Origin: Bugula neritina
Taxonomy: Eukaryota; Animalia; Bryozoa
Direction: 5' to 3'
DNA: 64,000 nt
Assembly (NCBI GenBank): GCA_964035545.1
Contig: OZ037766.1
Coordinates: 14,746,722 to 14,810,721 of the forward strand
Part shown: one piece after another, positions 1 to 12,915 of the stretch
How positions within the stretch are numbered: the stretch's first letter is position 1
How the letters are laid out: the number at the start of each line of letters is the position of its first letter
Made by a program: the position numbers and the translations under genes
Notes under the pieces: model-generated
The model's input: only the letters and a program-made list of their open reading frames with translations
Told to the model about the DNA's origin: nothing
Databases searched by the model: none

Positions 1-1400
1 AAGCTGTGTTCCATCAAGCCATTGGTGTAAAAAATTTACGGCTTGACCCAATTCAGAAGGACACAACTGCCATAACAGCTGTTTGTAAACCTTTGCTATT
101 ATAATTATTGTTATTATTAAATACTGCGTGCATGTTTATTATTATAGTTAAGATCTCGTCAATTATGTTGTGAGTGAAACTCTTACCATTCCAAGACTCC
201 TATATTTTTAGGGAAGGGTAATTTTTGCCAAAAAATTCTATTTGTTGAATGCTGGAGTTTAGAATTTTCAACAATGGCTTTTGAACTTCTTCTGCATTAG
301 TGGTGTGTTAATGTTGAATAGCTTTTTCCCAATGTTTGCTTAGTTTGATTTTTTCAAGAGCAGAATTTGGAATAAAACTATACTAGTGATCACAACCAGC
401 TTCATAATTCAAATGTGAGCAGCCTAGCTGAAAACTCCCCCATTTCAATAATTTGAAAGAGAAAGTTCAGAGCATGTGCTTCAACCAGCCCCCTGGTATA
501 AATAGCCCCAACCTTCCATACCAATGTTAGTACACTTCACAACTACAGAACATGTGACAAAGCTTTACGATTTATAATTTAATTTAATATAAAGGGAGAA
601 GGGGGTCAATAGAGCCATGCATTTGTGAAAAATTGTGTTGAATTCTTACATCAAAAGGATATTTAAAGTTACAAATCCTTTAATAACACTTCTTTCAAAC
701 ACATACTGGTGAGATCAGCAGTTATTTGTCCTTGGATGAACACAATGGTCTGCAGCATTTATGATTTATAATCCGTTTCAAGTTAGCGTAAAATATTCTT
801 AATTTTTGCTTGTATAATTTTGGAGCTAACAAGTTCTTGGTTTGTATGATCAAATGAAGATGGTATTTGATCAGCTAAATGGGGAAATATAAACATTTTT
901 AAGGCATTTGGAACATATTTTAAATAATATGGTAGGTCAAGGACAACAATTGGTTATCCAATGAAATATTTACATGTAGTTATAAAAAACCATTGTTGGA
1001 CTTAAAGCTATTTAGTGCATATTGTGATATGTTCTGAAATACCTTAGCTGTAAATTTGAGCGAATTTAGAAAACTATGTCAAATCAACTAGCGAAAACTT
1101 CTGATCCTTGTTCTGCCATGCCTATGTAAGTAAAATATTTTAAAGACGACTGCTTGTGTGTTTTAAATAATAAATAGTTATATCACTTATATGTTCTAAA
1201 ACTGGTTTGTCCAATTGTAATAAGATTAGGTTTATCTAAAGTTATAAAACACCTAATAAGTTGATGTTTTTTGAGATTGAGGCAATATTTTGAAAATTGT
1301 ACAAAGTAAGTGTATAACAGAAAAGCTAACTCTGTAACATATTGAATATCTGTGTAAACTGGAATCTAGTATTTAGTATAATAGAAATATTTTTCAACAG

Positions 1401-4400
1401 GTGCAGAGGCAGTGAGAGAGGAAGTTCTCCAACTCTGGTTAAGCGTATAACCAGTGAGTCATGTCACACCATTGACGACTTTTCTTTTTGTGACGATGAG
1501 TTTGAGGGGATCCTGGGTTTAATAGCTCAACGTTATGACATATCTGATGATGTCATATCCTCCGGTGAACAAGAAACTGGTTGGTTTTGAGTTATTACGT
1601 TAATATAATTTCTACTGAGATGTTTTGCTCACTCATGAACTAATTGATTTATTGAATAGTTTACATTATATTATAGCCTATCAAGTCTCCTATTTTTGTG
1701 AACATAGAATATATTTTTTATTAGCTCCACCATGTTTTCCCCTTCAATCTCTTGTACCCTGTAACACCAGAAGTAACAGGGTGCAGCCTGCAGGCTGGAG
1801 GGCGTAAGTATCTGTATATTTTATCACCAACTTTGTACGAGTATTTTGTTAGTTAGAAGATGAAATGTAATGTAACTGTATTTCTGTTATACCTACTATG
1901 AAAGTGTTGTTTTGTTACTCTAATAAATGACAATTATAAATAATTTGTTAAGAGAATGATGTGCAGCAGTTACACTTTTACTGCTCACTTAGAATTTTCT
2001 GATCTTTTTTTACTAGTGATAGGATAGAGGTTCTTTGTACAAATTATCATTATGATATGTTTTCAATATTCAGAGAATTGCAGAATGCTCTGATTGATCT
2101 ACTTGCTGTCAGTTGTCATAATAGAGAGTATTTTTGTAGATTATTATTTTATTACTATTTGATTTTATCTAGTGAATCCTCAGCTCCGCCCCGAAGTCAA
2201 GGTCAGACTAGTGGTAATCTTCTAGCAAACCTACCACCTTGTAAGAAGACTTCGGAAGCTTATTCTCGTATAATCGAGGAAAGTTTACCTTCTATTGTAA
2301 CTCGGAAGGAAAGTGGTAAAATGATGAGCAAGAGAAAAAATGTTGCATTGCAGAGTTTATTGGAAACAGGTAAACTCTCATTTAATATCTGTAACTTTAT
2401 GCTGTGAATTTTTAGAAGAAAGTTTTTAACTTGGATTGGTAGTAGTTTCTTTGTGTAACTTTATCATTCACATGATTTTTCTATTGCTGGTTCAAGATTG
2501 GGGTTCACACTCTTAGTTATGCAAGAATCATTATACACCTTTATTCGAAGAAATACAGAGTGCTTTTCAGTCTTTGCATTTTAACTTATCGCAAATCTAC
2601 ATGTGTTACAGGTGATGCCTGTGATAGTGGAGAAAGAAGTGGTACTAAACAAGAGAAGATAATTGCTGATGAGAAAGGAGAGGCAACTACCAGTAAACCT
2701 TTCATCAAAGTGATTACTTTGCCTCCATTACTGGATGGTAAATTATGTTTAGTATTACTAATAGTTTTTATATGTTCTATTCTTTAGCTGTAAGTTATTT
2801 TTATATTTTGTGTGCTTTGTTCCTACGAAGTCTTTTTGTTATATGGTCATGTATTTTATGTATGCTTTGTTAAAAAGTGATTTCTTGGCAGGTGGGAACA
2901 GCTCTGTAAGTCAATTGCTTACCAAAAGCACTCTTGGTAGATACGCTAGACAACGAGGAAAGCCAATTACAAATGAAAATAACAGTCAAGCAGTGGATGT
3001 TGCTTTGCCTCCATTTACCAACAGTAAATGCTAATTTAATTTACAACTATTTATATCAGTTCATTGACATTGTGTTTAGTGAGATATGAAAAAGCATCAG
3101 CATGATTCTCAATATATTAGGCTTTTAAGCAAATCAGGTTGATAGTGAAATACTTTAAAACTGTTGAAAACTTGAATCAATTGACAAACATATTTTGTGC
3201 TGAAGACATATTACAATGTAAAACATAATTTTGTTGTTTAAGTGCATAATATTTTATGTTATATTGCCTTTTCTTGAAGTAAAACATTCCTATTTAATTT
3301 TAAATGTTTCGATATTTGACTTTGATTTATAATAATTTTTTATTTAACTATTTCACAGAGAAAGATGCTGGTAAAAAGAGAAAGAGAGAAAGACCTTGCC
3401 GGAAGATGTCTCTCATTGTAGAGGAGACAACCACCAGTAAACCTCAAACAGGAAACTCTAAAGTTTCTTCATCGTCAACTGTGAAAGGTAAAGAATAAAA
3501 CTTTTGTTGTGATTTTATTCTATGCAAGTGACTTGTTTAATATTCAAGCAAGAGGTAGTTAAAGTTTAACAGCTTCTTTTGTTTCATGACTGTTATGATC
3601 GAGTTATTGCTTACTCGTCAACTCTAATGATGTGACTTGTCAATGTATGTTACTGTGAGAATATATGATCTGCTTCATACTCAGTTTTAATCACTGTAAG
3701 AAGAGAAAGAATCTTTATATGTATAAGTTACAACAGGTCACCATGGTGCTAGTGAAGGAGATGATAACAAAACAACTGTTTGTAAAGAGAAGAATACAGC
3801 TGATAAACCTGAAAGTAGAGAGCAAAGTGCTACGCTGCCTTCTATGATAAATGGTAAACTCTTTTTTAATAATAAAAATACTACAAATGCTGGTGCTTAT
3901 TTTTGTTTTATTTTGATGAGAATTATCTGTTATAGCTTAATTTGATGCTTACATTTATTATCATTATTTCATGTTAGGCTATGAATTAATGATTATGAAT
4001 CGCATTTGTTCTTCTTCATATTGTTTATATTCAACTATTTCACAGAAAAAGACACTGTTAGAAAGAGAAAGCGAGGAAGAGGTTGTCGTAAGATAGCTCC
4101 TACTATGGAGAGGACAACTACCAGTAACTCTCAAACAAAAAACCATAAAGTTGCTTCACCTTCAACGGTGAAAGGTAAACAATAAAACTTGTGTTGTTAT
4201 TTGATTCTATACATATAGTGACACGATTCTCTACGAGATAGATAATAGCAGAGTGACAAAAATTGTTTAATATTTAGACAACAAGTTAATAAAACTATCA
4301 GCTTATATGTTGTATGCATGGCTTTTATGCTCTCATCGTTATTTTTTCCTAAATGTTAATACTGCTATTTCTTAAAGGATGCTGTTACTGAAAATATATG

Positions 4401-7400
4401 ACCTGTTCTATACTCAACTCTAATCACTGTAAAAAGATGTACAAGATTTCACATATAATTTACAACAGGTCACCATGGTGCTAGTAAAGGAGATGATGAT
4501 AAAACAACTGTTTGTGAGGAGAAGAATGCTGCTGATAAACCTGAAAGTAGAGAGCAAAGTGCTACGCTGCCTTCTTTGAAAAATGGTAAACTCTTTTTAA
4601 TAATAATAATGTTGTAAATACTGGTGCTTCTTTTTGTCTTGTTTAAATTGGAATTTTGGCAGAGTTTTTTTTTGGTGCTTTAATTTATTATTAATATTTT
4701 ATGTTATTGATTAAAGATTATAGTACATTTTTTCATAATATCTTTATATTCAATCATCTCACAGAAAAAGACACTGCTAGAAAGAGAAAGAGGGGAAGAG
4801 GTTGTCGTAAGATAGCTCCTTTCATGGAGAGGACAACTACCAGTAAATCTCCAACTAAAAACTCTAAAGTTTCTTCACCTTTAACGGTGAAAGGTAGACA
4901 ACGTGATTTTATTCTATGCAAGCGACTTGTTGCATGATGAGATAGAAATTATGTAAAGTGACAACATAGGTTTAATATTCAAGCAAGAGGTAGTAGTTAC
5001 AAATAAACAGCTTCTTTTGTTTCATGTCTTTTATGATCTAATCATTGCTTATTCCTCAATATATGACCTGCTTTCTACTCAACTTTAATCATTGTAAAAA
5101 TTGAATGAACTTTCACATATAATTTTACATACAACAGGTCACCATGGTGCTAGTGACGGGAATGATAATAAAACAACTGTTTGTAAGGACAAGAATGCTG
5201 CTGATGAACTTGGAAATGGAAGGCAAATTTGCACGCTGCCTTTTTTATTAGATGGTAAACTCTTATTTATACTAATTATGTTCCATTTTAGGGTTTATTT
5301 TTCTCTTATCCTCGTGTTAGAATTATTTTTGGTATATGAAATTTTTGATAGAAGATTATATTAATTTTTTTTCTAACATAAAATTGCTATAGTAGAAACA
5401 CGCATGTGGCTGTATAAATTACTGTGAGATCGTGTAAAATACTGTAATTACTATTTGTTAATACAGCTGAAGACGTCAGGAGTGTAAAAAACTAAATATA
5501 TGCATATCTAATGTCATAGAACTTTATTTTCTCACAGACGAAAGTTCTACCAACTCGGAGAGTGAAGCTGCTGCTAAGTACAAACGAGAAGCCATTTTGG
5601 AAATGATTAAGAATAACCGAAATATTATCCGACTGCATCCATCTAAAAATGGTAAAAGTGTTTTGTATTGTTGTTGACTTATTGATATTTCTAAATATTT
5701 TAGTATAAATGTAAACCCTTCATCTAACAAATATCTAATAAAAATCTAGTTTATAGGTATTACCATACATTTTCATATCAACGAAACATTTCCAAGCTGC
5801 TTATCTTATTCTATCATGGAAATATATGATTTTGTATATAACACATAGGTGTAGTAATAACAATATATGTTTGCCGTGCTACAGTTGACAGGACTCGTGA
5901 AACTCAACTACCCTGTAAAACACATGTTGAAATCACAAGAAATCAGTTGAAAGAAAATCCATGGCTAATTCATGACAGGATAAAAAGAGAGCAGCTAGAA
6001 AATGTCCAATTCTTCAGCTCTGATCTGGAGACAGCTACAACTTCTGACAGGTGAGTGTATAGAGATGGTATGAGTCAGAGTATTACTTTACTTGTAACAA
6101 AACTGGTGTACCTGGAAGGTGAACACAGTATTGGTTGTACAGTTTACACATATAAAATTCTGACTCAAGCTCCCTTACTGTAAATATGCCCAGTATAATA
6201 TATGCTCAGTTTACAAAGTATCCACTTTAGATGTTTATTTTACAGTGACTCACTCACTATATTACTGATTGTTATTTGGTAAACTCACACTTAGTATGTT
6301 TATAGCAAGAAAAGTACTTCACTGCCAGACACTCCAGTTTCCATCCATGATCTGTCATCTCTGTCACAGAATGTCTCAAGTTCAGAATCTCAAGGATATT
6401 GTGAGTATTTTATTCTAAACACAAGTCTCATTGCCAGAACCCAACTTAATACCTTGCTGTAGCACAGCATTATGAGTAGCAATTATATCAAGCAGTTATA
6501 ATAATATATACTTGTCTCAATTCGACTGAATCTACCAACTTCTGTAGTTACAGTATACTTACACTTTCTGTGTTATTTTTTCTGCTAGTCTTTGTATTCT
6601 ACTTCATATAATTTAGCCTAAAATCTTTACACTTTTTCATATCTAAATATATCTGCTGTATATAGTTTAAACATGCAGAAGATTTTCCGAATGTTTATGA
6701 AGCTTAAACATATTTTAAGTAGTTGTATGGTTATATTCTTGTTGCAATTTAAATTTGTTGCAATGTGTATTATTATTCTATAGCTGACAGAACAGTAACT
6801 CTGAAAAAACATGCTGTTGTTTTGGATGAAAAAGGTTGCAGGTAAACACATGATCTTCATGTATCATCTCTTACAGTGTGTAAAATTAGGATTGCTTGTT
6901 GATTGTAGTATTACCAACACAGATATGTCCATGTTTAGATTATAATAAGGAATTTTTGCACCTCTGTTATCTGTTTCATGGAGAAAAGTTTTCTAATTTT
7001 GCTGCTGCCGTATTTTATTAACTTTTTATAACTCAAAAGACAATGTTTTGCAGCGGGTCAAAGCAGAAACCTGTTAAGAGAAAGAAATTGAACCTCTCAT
7101 GGGTCAGTGATTCAGAAGAAGACTCCGCCCACAAGATGGAGTCACTCACTTCTACAAATGCTCATACATCTACTGCTGGAAATGTCCAGAAGGTGTATCC
7201 TATGAATGTGAAAACCATTGAAGTTTCTATCAAACTTCACAGTAAGTTTTAGATTCTATAGTAACGTTACACACTTGAGCTCATTTGATTTTGAAACAGT
7301 TTACTAGTTTATACCGCCATTTGTTATAGCATTATTAAATGCATAAAATCATCAGACTATGCATCATCATGGAAAGCTACAAACATTTTTTATTTTATTT

Positions 7401-9946
7401 TATTTTTTTATTTTTGAAACTTATGATGTGAAGTTCCATGTCTTGCATTGTTGAAAGAATGAGATTTTCTATTATGAAGTGCTGTTTTTATCACCCACTC
7501 TTATCTACCAGAGCTACTTACAGAGTTTGTGTATAACACTAAACTAGTATGTAGTGTCTTCTCTGTTGTAGCTGAGTCAGACCCTTCTGCTAGAATAGTT
7601 AACCATTGTGATCCAGCAGAGGGAGGGTAAGTTTCTGTGTTATTATATTCAGAGTAAGTCACTAACAGTTCAGTAACTTAGTAGGGGTAACGAGGGCACA
7701 ACCAGCCGAATTTTGCATTTTTTGCTCTCATTCGTCTGTTTTTCAAGTTACTAGTTCAATAATTTCTAGTCTTAATGCTGCATCTGTTGTCTATTACTGG
7801 TACCAGTTTGTTGTTTCTATCTCTCTCACAACTTTCAGAATAATTAAATTTTCATGACAAAAAAATTGGCCCATTGTGCCCCGGTACCGGGGTACAATGG
7901 GCCACTGGGTGGGACACAACAAGTATATTGAAACTTTGCGTATTTTGTTACATCTGATCTTTATTTATTTAATTTTGCAAATAAATAAAGATACTCGTTC
8001 AGGTCTACAGCAAAATTCATGTTTTAGCTGTACAGTTTGTGCCACTACGAATAGCAGAGGAAGGCAAAATCAAACGCACATCACTCGGTTCTATAGTGCC
8101 ATTATCATTACTGTTTAGAACTAAAAATGTTCTTTTATTTTCACTTCAGAGGAACTTTTATCAAAAAAAACTTCAGTAACATGTACTACAAAATTCTGGG
8201 TGGACTTTTTTCTATGAACTGTAGCTAAGGTGCATTGCTGAGGTTTGTGACTGGAGTACGGAAGGGAGAGGGGGGAGCAAATGAGAAAATCGCAATTTAT
8301 TTTAGTCAAATACATGTATATTCCCTAATGATGTAATATATAATGAATATCATGACTATCTACTAGTAGCAACAGCAGAATGTTTTGTATTATGTATAAA
8401 ATGGCAAAGCTTTAACCTCACTAGATGTATATATTAGGGGAGCTTCCCTTGTAGTTTTGTAGTCTTACCATGATGTCCTTGATATTTTACAAAAAGGTCA
8501 GAAATGGCTATATCTATAGATTTTAGTAACATTTCAACCAACTTTTTGGGCAAACAAACTAATAACAGTGATCAGAGTGCAATAATCAGGTGCCCCATTG
8601 TGCCCCGGTCAGCGTGGCCCATTGTGCCCCGGATGGCCAAATTGAACATAAATGTGCCTCAAGGAAAATTTATTTTAGAGTTTGCTGTTATACTAGTTAA
8701 GCGATATAGAGACAAGCATTGGCAACAATATTTGTAAAATATAGGCTTGTTGCCTTTGAGTGTAATAAGTTATAAAGCTTTAACGACATCCTAAAAAATT
8801 TACAAAAAGTAGGTAAAAACAGTTTTTTTTACTCGCCTTTTCAACACGTATGTTCCGCAAGTGTTGAAACTACAAAGGCTGAATAATTATGTTAATATCT
8901 TTTTATGAAAAAAAATCACAACTCTAAGTCAATAAGTTCTCTCACAATTTGGCCGGCTTTTTGTACCCCTATGACCGTTGTGCCCCCCCCTCGGTTACCC
9001 CTATGGTTTAGTTGTAGTAATTATTGTGTGGTTTGTATTGTGTCTTATGTCATGATGTGTTGATATAGACTCTATTTGCTCTATAAATAATTATATCATT
9101 ATATAATATTTACAGGTTCACCATCAGACTTCCTCCTATCGAGCTCAATATTCACTCTGTTAATACCCCTTCAAAGTATGTATATTAAGAATTTGGTGAA
9201 ATTTGATGTTATTTGCAAATGTTGACTTTACCTTGTGTCAGAAGTTGCCAGATTATTCTATAGTGTTTTATAGACCTTCTAGGTACCTTCTTACATAGAT
9301 TTTTATGTATTTACTTATTCAATTACCAAACTCTATTACGTAGAAGATTTATATGTACACAATATATTTACTATTTATGTACAAAATTTTACAGATCAGC
9401 TCATGCCTCTCATGATGGTAAGTGTGTAAAACTTCTAACAGTTGAATTTTAGTAACTTAAAGCTTTTGACTTTCCCTCATTATGCTACAAATTAAACTTT
9501 TGAGTGCTTGTTCAACATTTTATTGTTCTAATCTTTTCCCTGTTGAGGCCAAGGTAACTGATAGTCATGCTATAATGAGTCATCATCAATAGAGCAGGCT
9601 CACTGTGGTTACATCAAGTAATAGAGTCACATTACTAATGTATAGTGAACAGATTGGCACACCCTCCAACATTCTATATTAGGCATTTGTAGAATATATT
9701 TTCGGTCATCACTGAACTAAGCAGCTGAATTACAAGATTATCTGTTTTGTATATGACCTGTTTCTCCTGTTCTCTGTGAAGTTCTGTTGAGCCATTCAAC
9801 TAGTGGAAATATTACCAAGTAGTTTTACTGTTTGTGTTTTTCCTACAGGTGCTGGTACTGCAGCCACGTCACAGCTGCAACAAACATCCAAGCTGCAAAA
9901 CTTTTTTAAAAAAATAAAAAATACATGGAAAAAAAAGATTAATTAA
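1401..9946 (+). CDS. 3' portion of a multi-exon orphan gene encoding a Ser/Thr/Lys-rich, largely disordered protein with internal exon repeats; start codon not identified
   Basis: About 19 GT-AG exons. Phases were checked for the first and the repeated exons; some boundaries are approximate: 1401-1579, 1724-1803, 2172-2369, 2612-2738, 2892-3023, 3359-3487, 3737-3853, 4046-4174, 4469-4585, 4765-4893, 5138-5254, 5538-5651, 5849-6050, 6306-6401, 7074-7242, 7571-7626, 9116-9176, 9395-9417, 9849-9946. The last exon reads ...QTSKLQNFFKKIKNTWKKKIN*. No domain recognised. Confidence 0.7.
3359..5254 (+). repeat. Three tandem copies of a ~700-bp unit containing two exons (129 nt + 117 nt) and their introns
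   Basis: Exon A (EKD.xRKRKR.RxCRK...TTTSK...KVSSxxTVKG) is at 3359-3487, 4046-4174 and 4765-4893. Exon B (GHHGASxGxDxKTTVCxxKNxADxxE...TLP) is at 3737-3853, 4469-4585 and 5138-5254. The introns are also similar to one another. Confidence 0.9.
7684..9001. mobile_element. Non-autonomous TIR DNA transposon, TA target duplication (Tc1/mariner/pogo-type), copy 1, intronic
   Basis: TA|GGGGTAACGAGGGCACAAC ... GTTGTGCCCCCCCCTCGGTTACCCC|TA. A second, highly similar copy lies in the opposite orientation at 44609-45915. No transposase ORF. Confidence 0.9.
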
Positions 9947-12222
9947 TACTTTTTTGTTTATTAGTTTTGATTGTTTAAAGCTCTATCATGTCTCATTCAT
10001 TCTCACACAGTTGTATATTATGCTCATGTTTTTTTTTGATAATTTTGTTTGTTTATTTTTGTTGGTACTATTCTTTCGTATTTATACACTTGACCGTAGA
10101 TACATGTTATGTTTATACTAAAATTATTTATGTTTTTGGACATTTACATAGACTGGGTACCCATGTGATTGGTGTCTGGGGGTTGGTGGAGCGGGGAGGT
10201 GTGACGGACAGTCTGATAAATGTTCTCGGGGTAGGGATATCCTCCTTGATCTGTCACTTTCTTTTGCATTCAGTACTTATCACTGGCTAGATGTTACTAT
10301 GCTTTGGCACAGTAATGTAGTGTAGCTTAGCTTCGTGACTAACTAAGAATCAGTCATTGCACACGAAATCCTACACGGCTGGTGTTTGTGTGCTGTCTGT
10401 ATATTGGGGTGCTTTTCTCGCTGGGGTATTGCGGCTCTGACTCACATTTGGACGGTTGATCTTAATCACTGAACGGTTTCATCCTCTCTTTGGCAACTTA
10501 CTCGTGGGTGCACAGCCTATGTAGTTTTAGTTTATTTATTTTATACCTTTTATTTCATAAAATCAATCTGTCAATAGTTTCAAAGTTTTTTTCTATTCGC
10601 TATATATTTGATAATTTGTAGCATAATGTAGGGCTGTACGAGAGTGAACCAGACATGATAGAGCCAAATTTTATTTTGTTGTTCTATAGTTGAGATTTTA
10701 ATGATAAATTATTATATTGAATTAAATAATTTGTTTACTCTGTGTAAACTTGTGGTGCTTTTATTATTTATTGCATTGTAGCTATCTAACGCTCAATGTT
10801 TTTAATGCACCAAATTTATATAAAAGCTTTGATGACACTAATGTAATGTCTTTTCATGAGACACTCAAACTATGCTTGTGAAAGACATTGTACAGTGTGG
10901 ACTCATAAAAATTGTTTTTTCCTTGCATATATAAAATAAACCTTCTAAATTGTTGTACTTATTCGAAATTGAATGTATTATCTTTTCACATGTTTCTCGA
11001 CTAATATCATAGGCACTACAGATTTCTGTGTGAAAACTTTGTTCATCCAAGTTCATTCTTCCTTTACTAAATAGTTCATACAAGCAGGATAGCACTATCA
11101 CAAAGATGAGTGTGTTTTTCAAGACCTATTCTCATAGAGTACAAAGTTTCTGCTAGCTGCTACATCGTGTTTAATCACTTCATTTTTTCTGCTCATATAT
11201 TCGTACCTGTTTTATACTCAAATATGTTTTTACTGTCCCACATATTTGACACATAGCTTGAATTTTGCCAAGTAGTTATTTTTCTGCTTTAATACCGAGA
11301 GAGCACAACCACTAATTAAAAGCATTTTGGCTACAATGTTGCGGTGTATAGTGTATGTACACCAAAATACGTAAAATGTTATAGGTAACATACTGTACAT
11401 ACATTACATCAAATTTATAAAAAATGTAAACAGTGATTAAAAACACACATTGAACAGAACTTAAATTCAAATGTTTTCTTTACACCTATACATAGTAAGC
11501 ATTTTATTATATTTCCCAAATTTATTTAGCTATTCAACTCATTGCATGCAATAAATTTCAGATTCTTTTTTTATAACACAATACTGTTCATTTCATGTTA
11601 GTACTATGTATATTCATGGTAGTTCGCATGTGGTCTTGATTACCATAATACAAGTAGGGAAAGACAATCAGCATATTGGCTGGTATTGGCAACCAATGCA
11701 AGATATATGAACACTAAAGACCAAATTACTCGTATGCAAGTTAGAAGGAATATTGTTACATCTATTTGTCTGAATATAACAAGGCATTAGGGGTCTAACC
11801 CAAGTGCATGTGCTTTGAGTATGTCTAACATGTTTACAGTAGCTGTCAAGGGTCGTTCTGAGGATCTGTAAACATTTGAACAAGAAGGCGGTGCTGTAGG
11901 AAGAGGGCGGGAACAAATCCTGCAACATAATATACAGTATAACACTCACACCTTTACACTGTGCCATGCATGTAGTTTAACAGAATGTCTTAACATTTAA
12001 CTATTTTTCAAAGTCTGAAGATGGATACATGTGGTAGATGAAATATAAGTTTGCTTTATTTATGGAAATAAATTAGTAAGTAAAGTGTTTCTTATTTATT
12101 TATTATGTATGTATATATTATGTATATAGAATGTTGATTAGATTAATCTATAGTTATATGTCACCATGATAATATAATTACAGCTGCATGCAATTATTTT
12201 GATTTTCCCATATCCCAATATT

Positions 12223-12272
12223 CAGTTGGAACACACTGCTTGTTATTAATAACAAGCAGTGTTATCCAACTG
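12223..12272. repeat. 50-bp near-perfect palindrome
   Basis: CAGTTGGAACACACTGCTTGTTATT / AATAACAAGCAGTGTTATCCAACTG; 23 of 25 positions are complementary, with no spacer. Confidence 0.85.
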
Positions 12273-12915
12273 GAAGAAATACACAACCTAATATTAGTCT
12301 GGGGCAGCCTTGGTTTAGTCACCAAGGCACAGGTTTAGGTTAGGGTTGGAGTCCCATACCGTGACAATAAAAGCTCTTAAACCATGTTGCCAGCATGCTA
12401 AGAGCTGCAGTCCTTAACCCACTTCAAACCTAAGAATAAAAATTTTAAAACGCTGAAGAATTTGAATATGAATCTATATATGATTATTGTAGTCCACAGA
12501 ATAAATATAACTTGCAAGTTGTGTGCAGAAGCTTACTGCTATAGATTCTCAAGGTAGTATACTGTATTATATACAGAACCTCTATGACTGTGGCAGCTGC
12601 CAAGCTAGACTGTAACTATACTTTACAGTATGACATAATTAAATTGATATGCCTATGATATTATCACCATTAGTGATTTAATCTTACTTTTAGCTAATGA
12701 TTACTTATAAATCAATAACTTCATCTTCATGTTATAGGCTGAAGTTCGCACGCAGGCTGGATAATCATCTGTATATCATTACAACATTATATACTGCAAG
12801 CTGCACCACAAGCTCCTTAGCTATCACTTTGGAAACATCAGAAATATCTAGTACATTCCATATAATCAGTATATTAATACAATATTTTCCTAGAAGCTAC
12901 TTGACCATATAAACT

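Noticed and set aside
8504-8737. Near-identical short ORFs MAISIDFSN... at 8504-8737 (+) and 44885-45115 (-) as a duplicated gene or transposase
   Set aside because: Both lie inside the two copies of the non-autonomous transposon and show no DDE or HTH motifs. The similarity is explained by the repeat itself.
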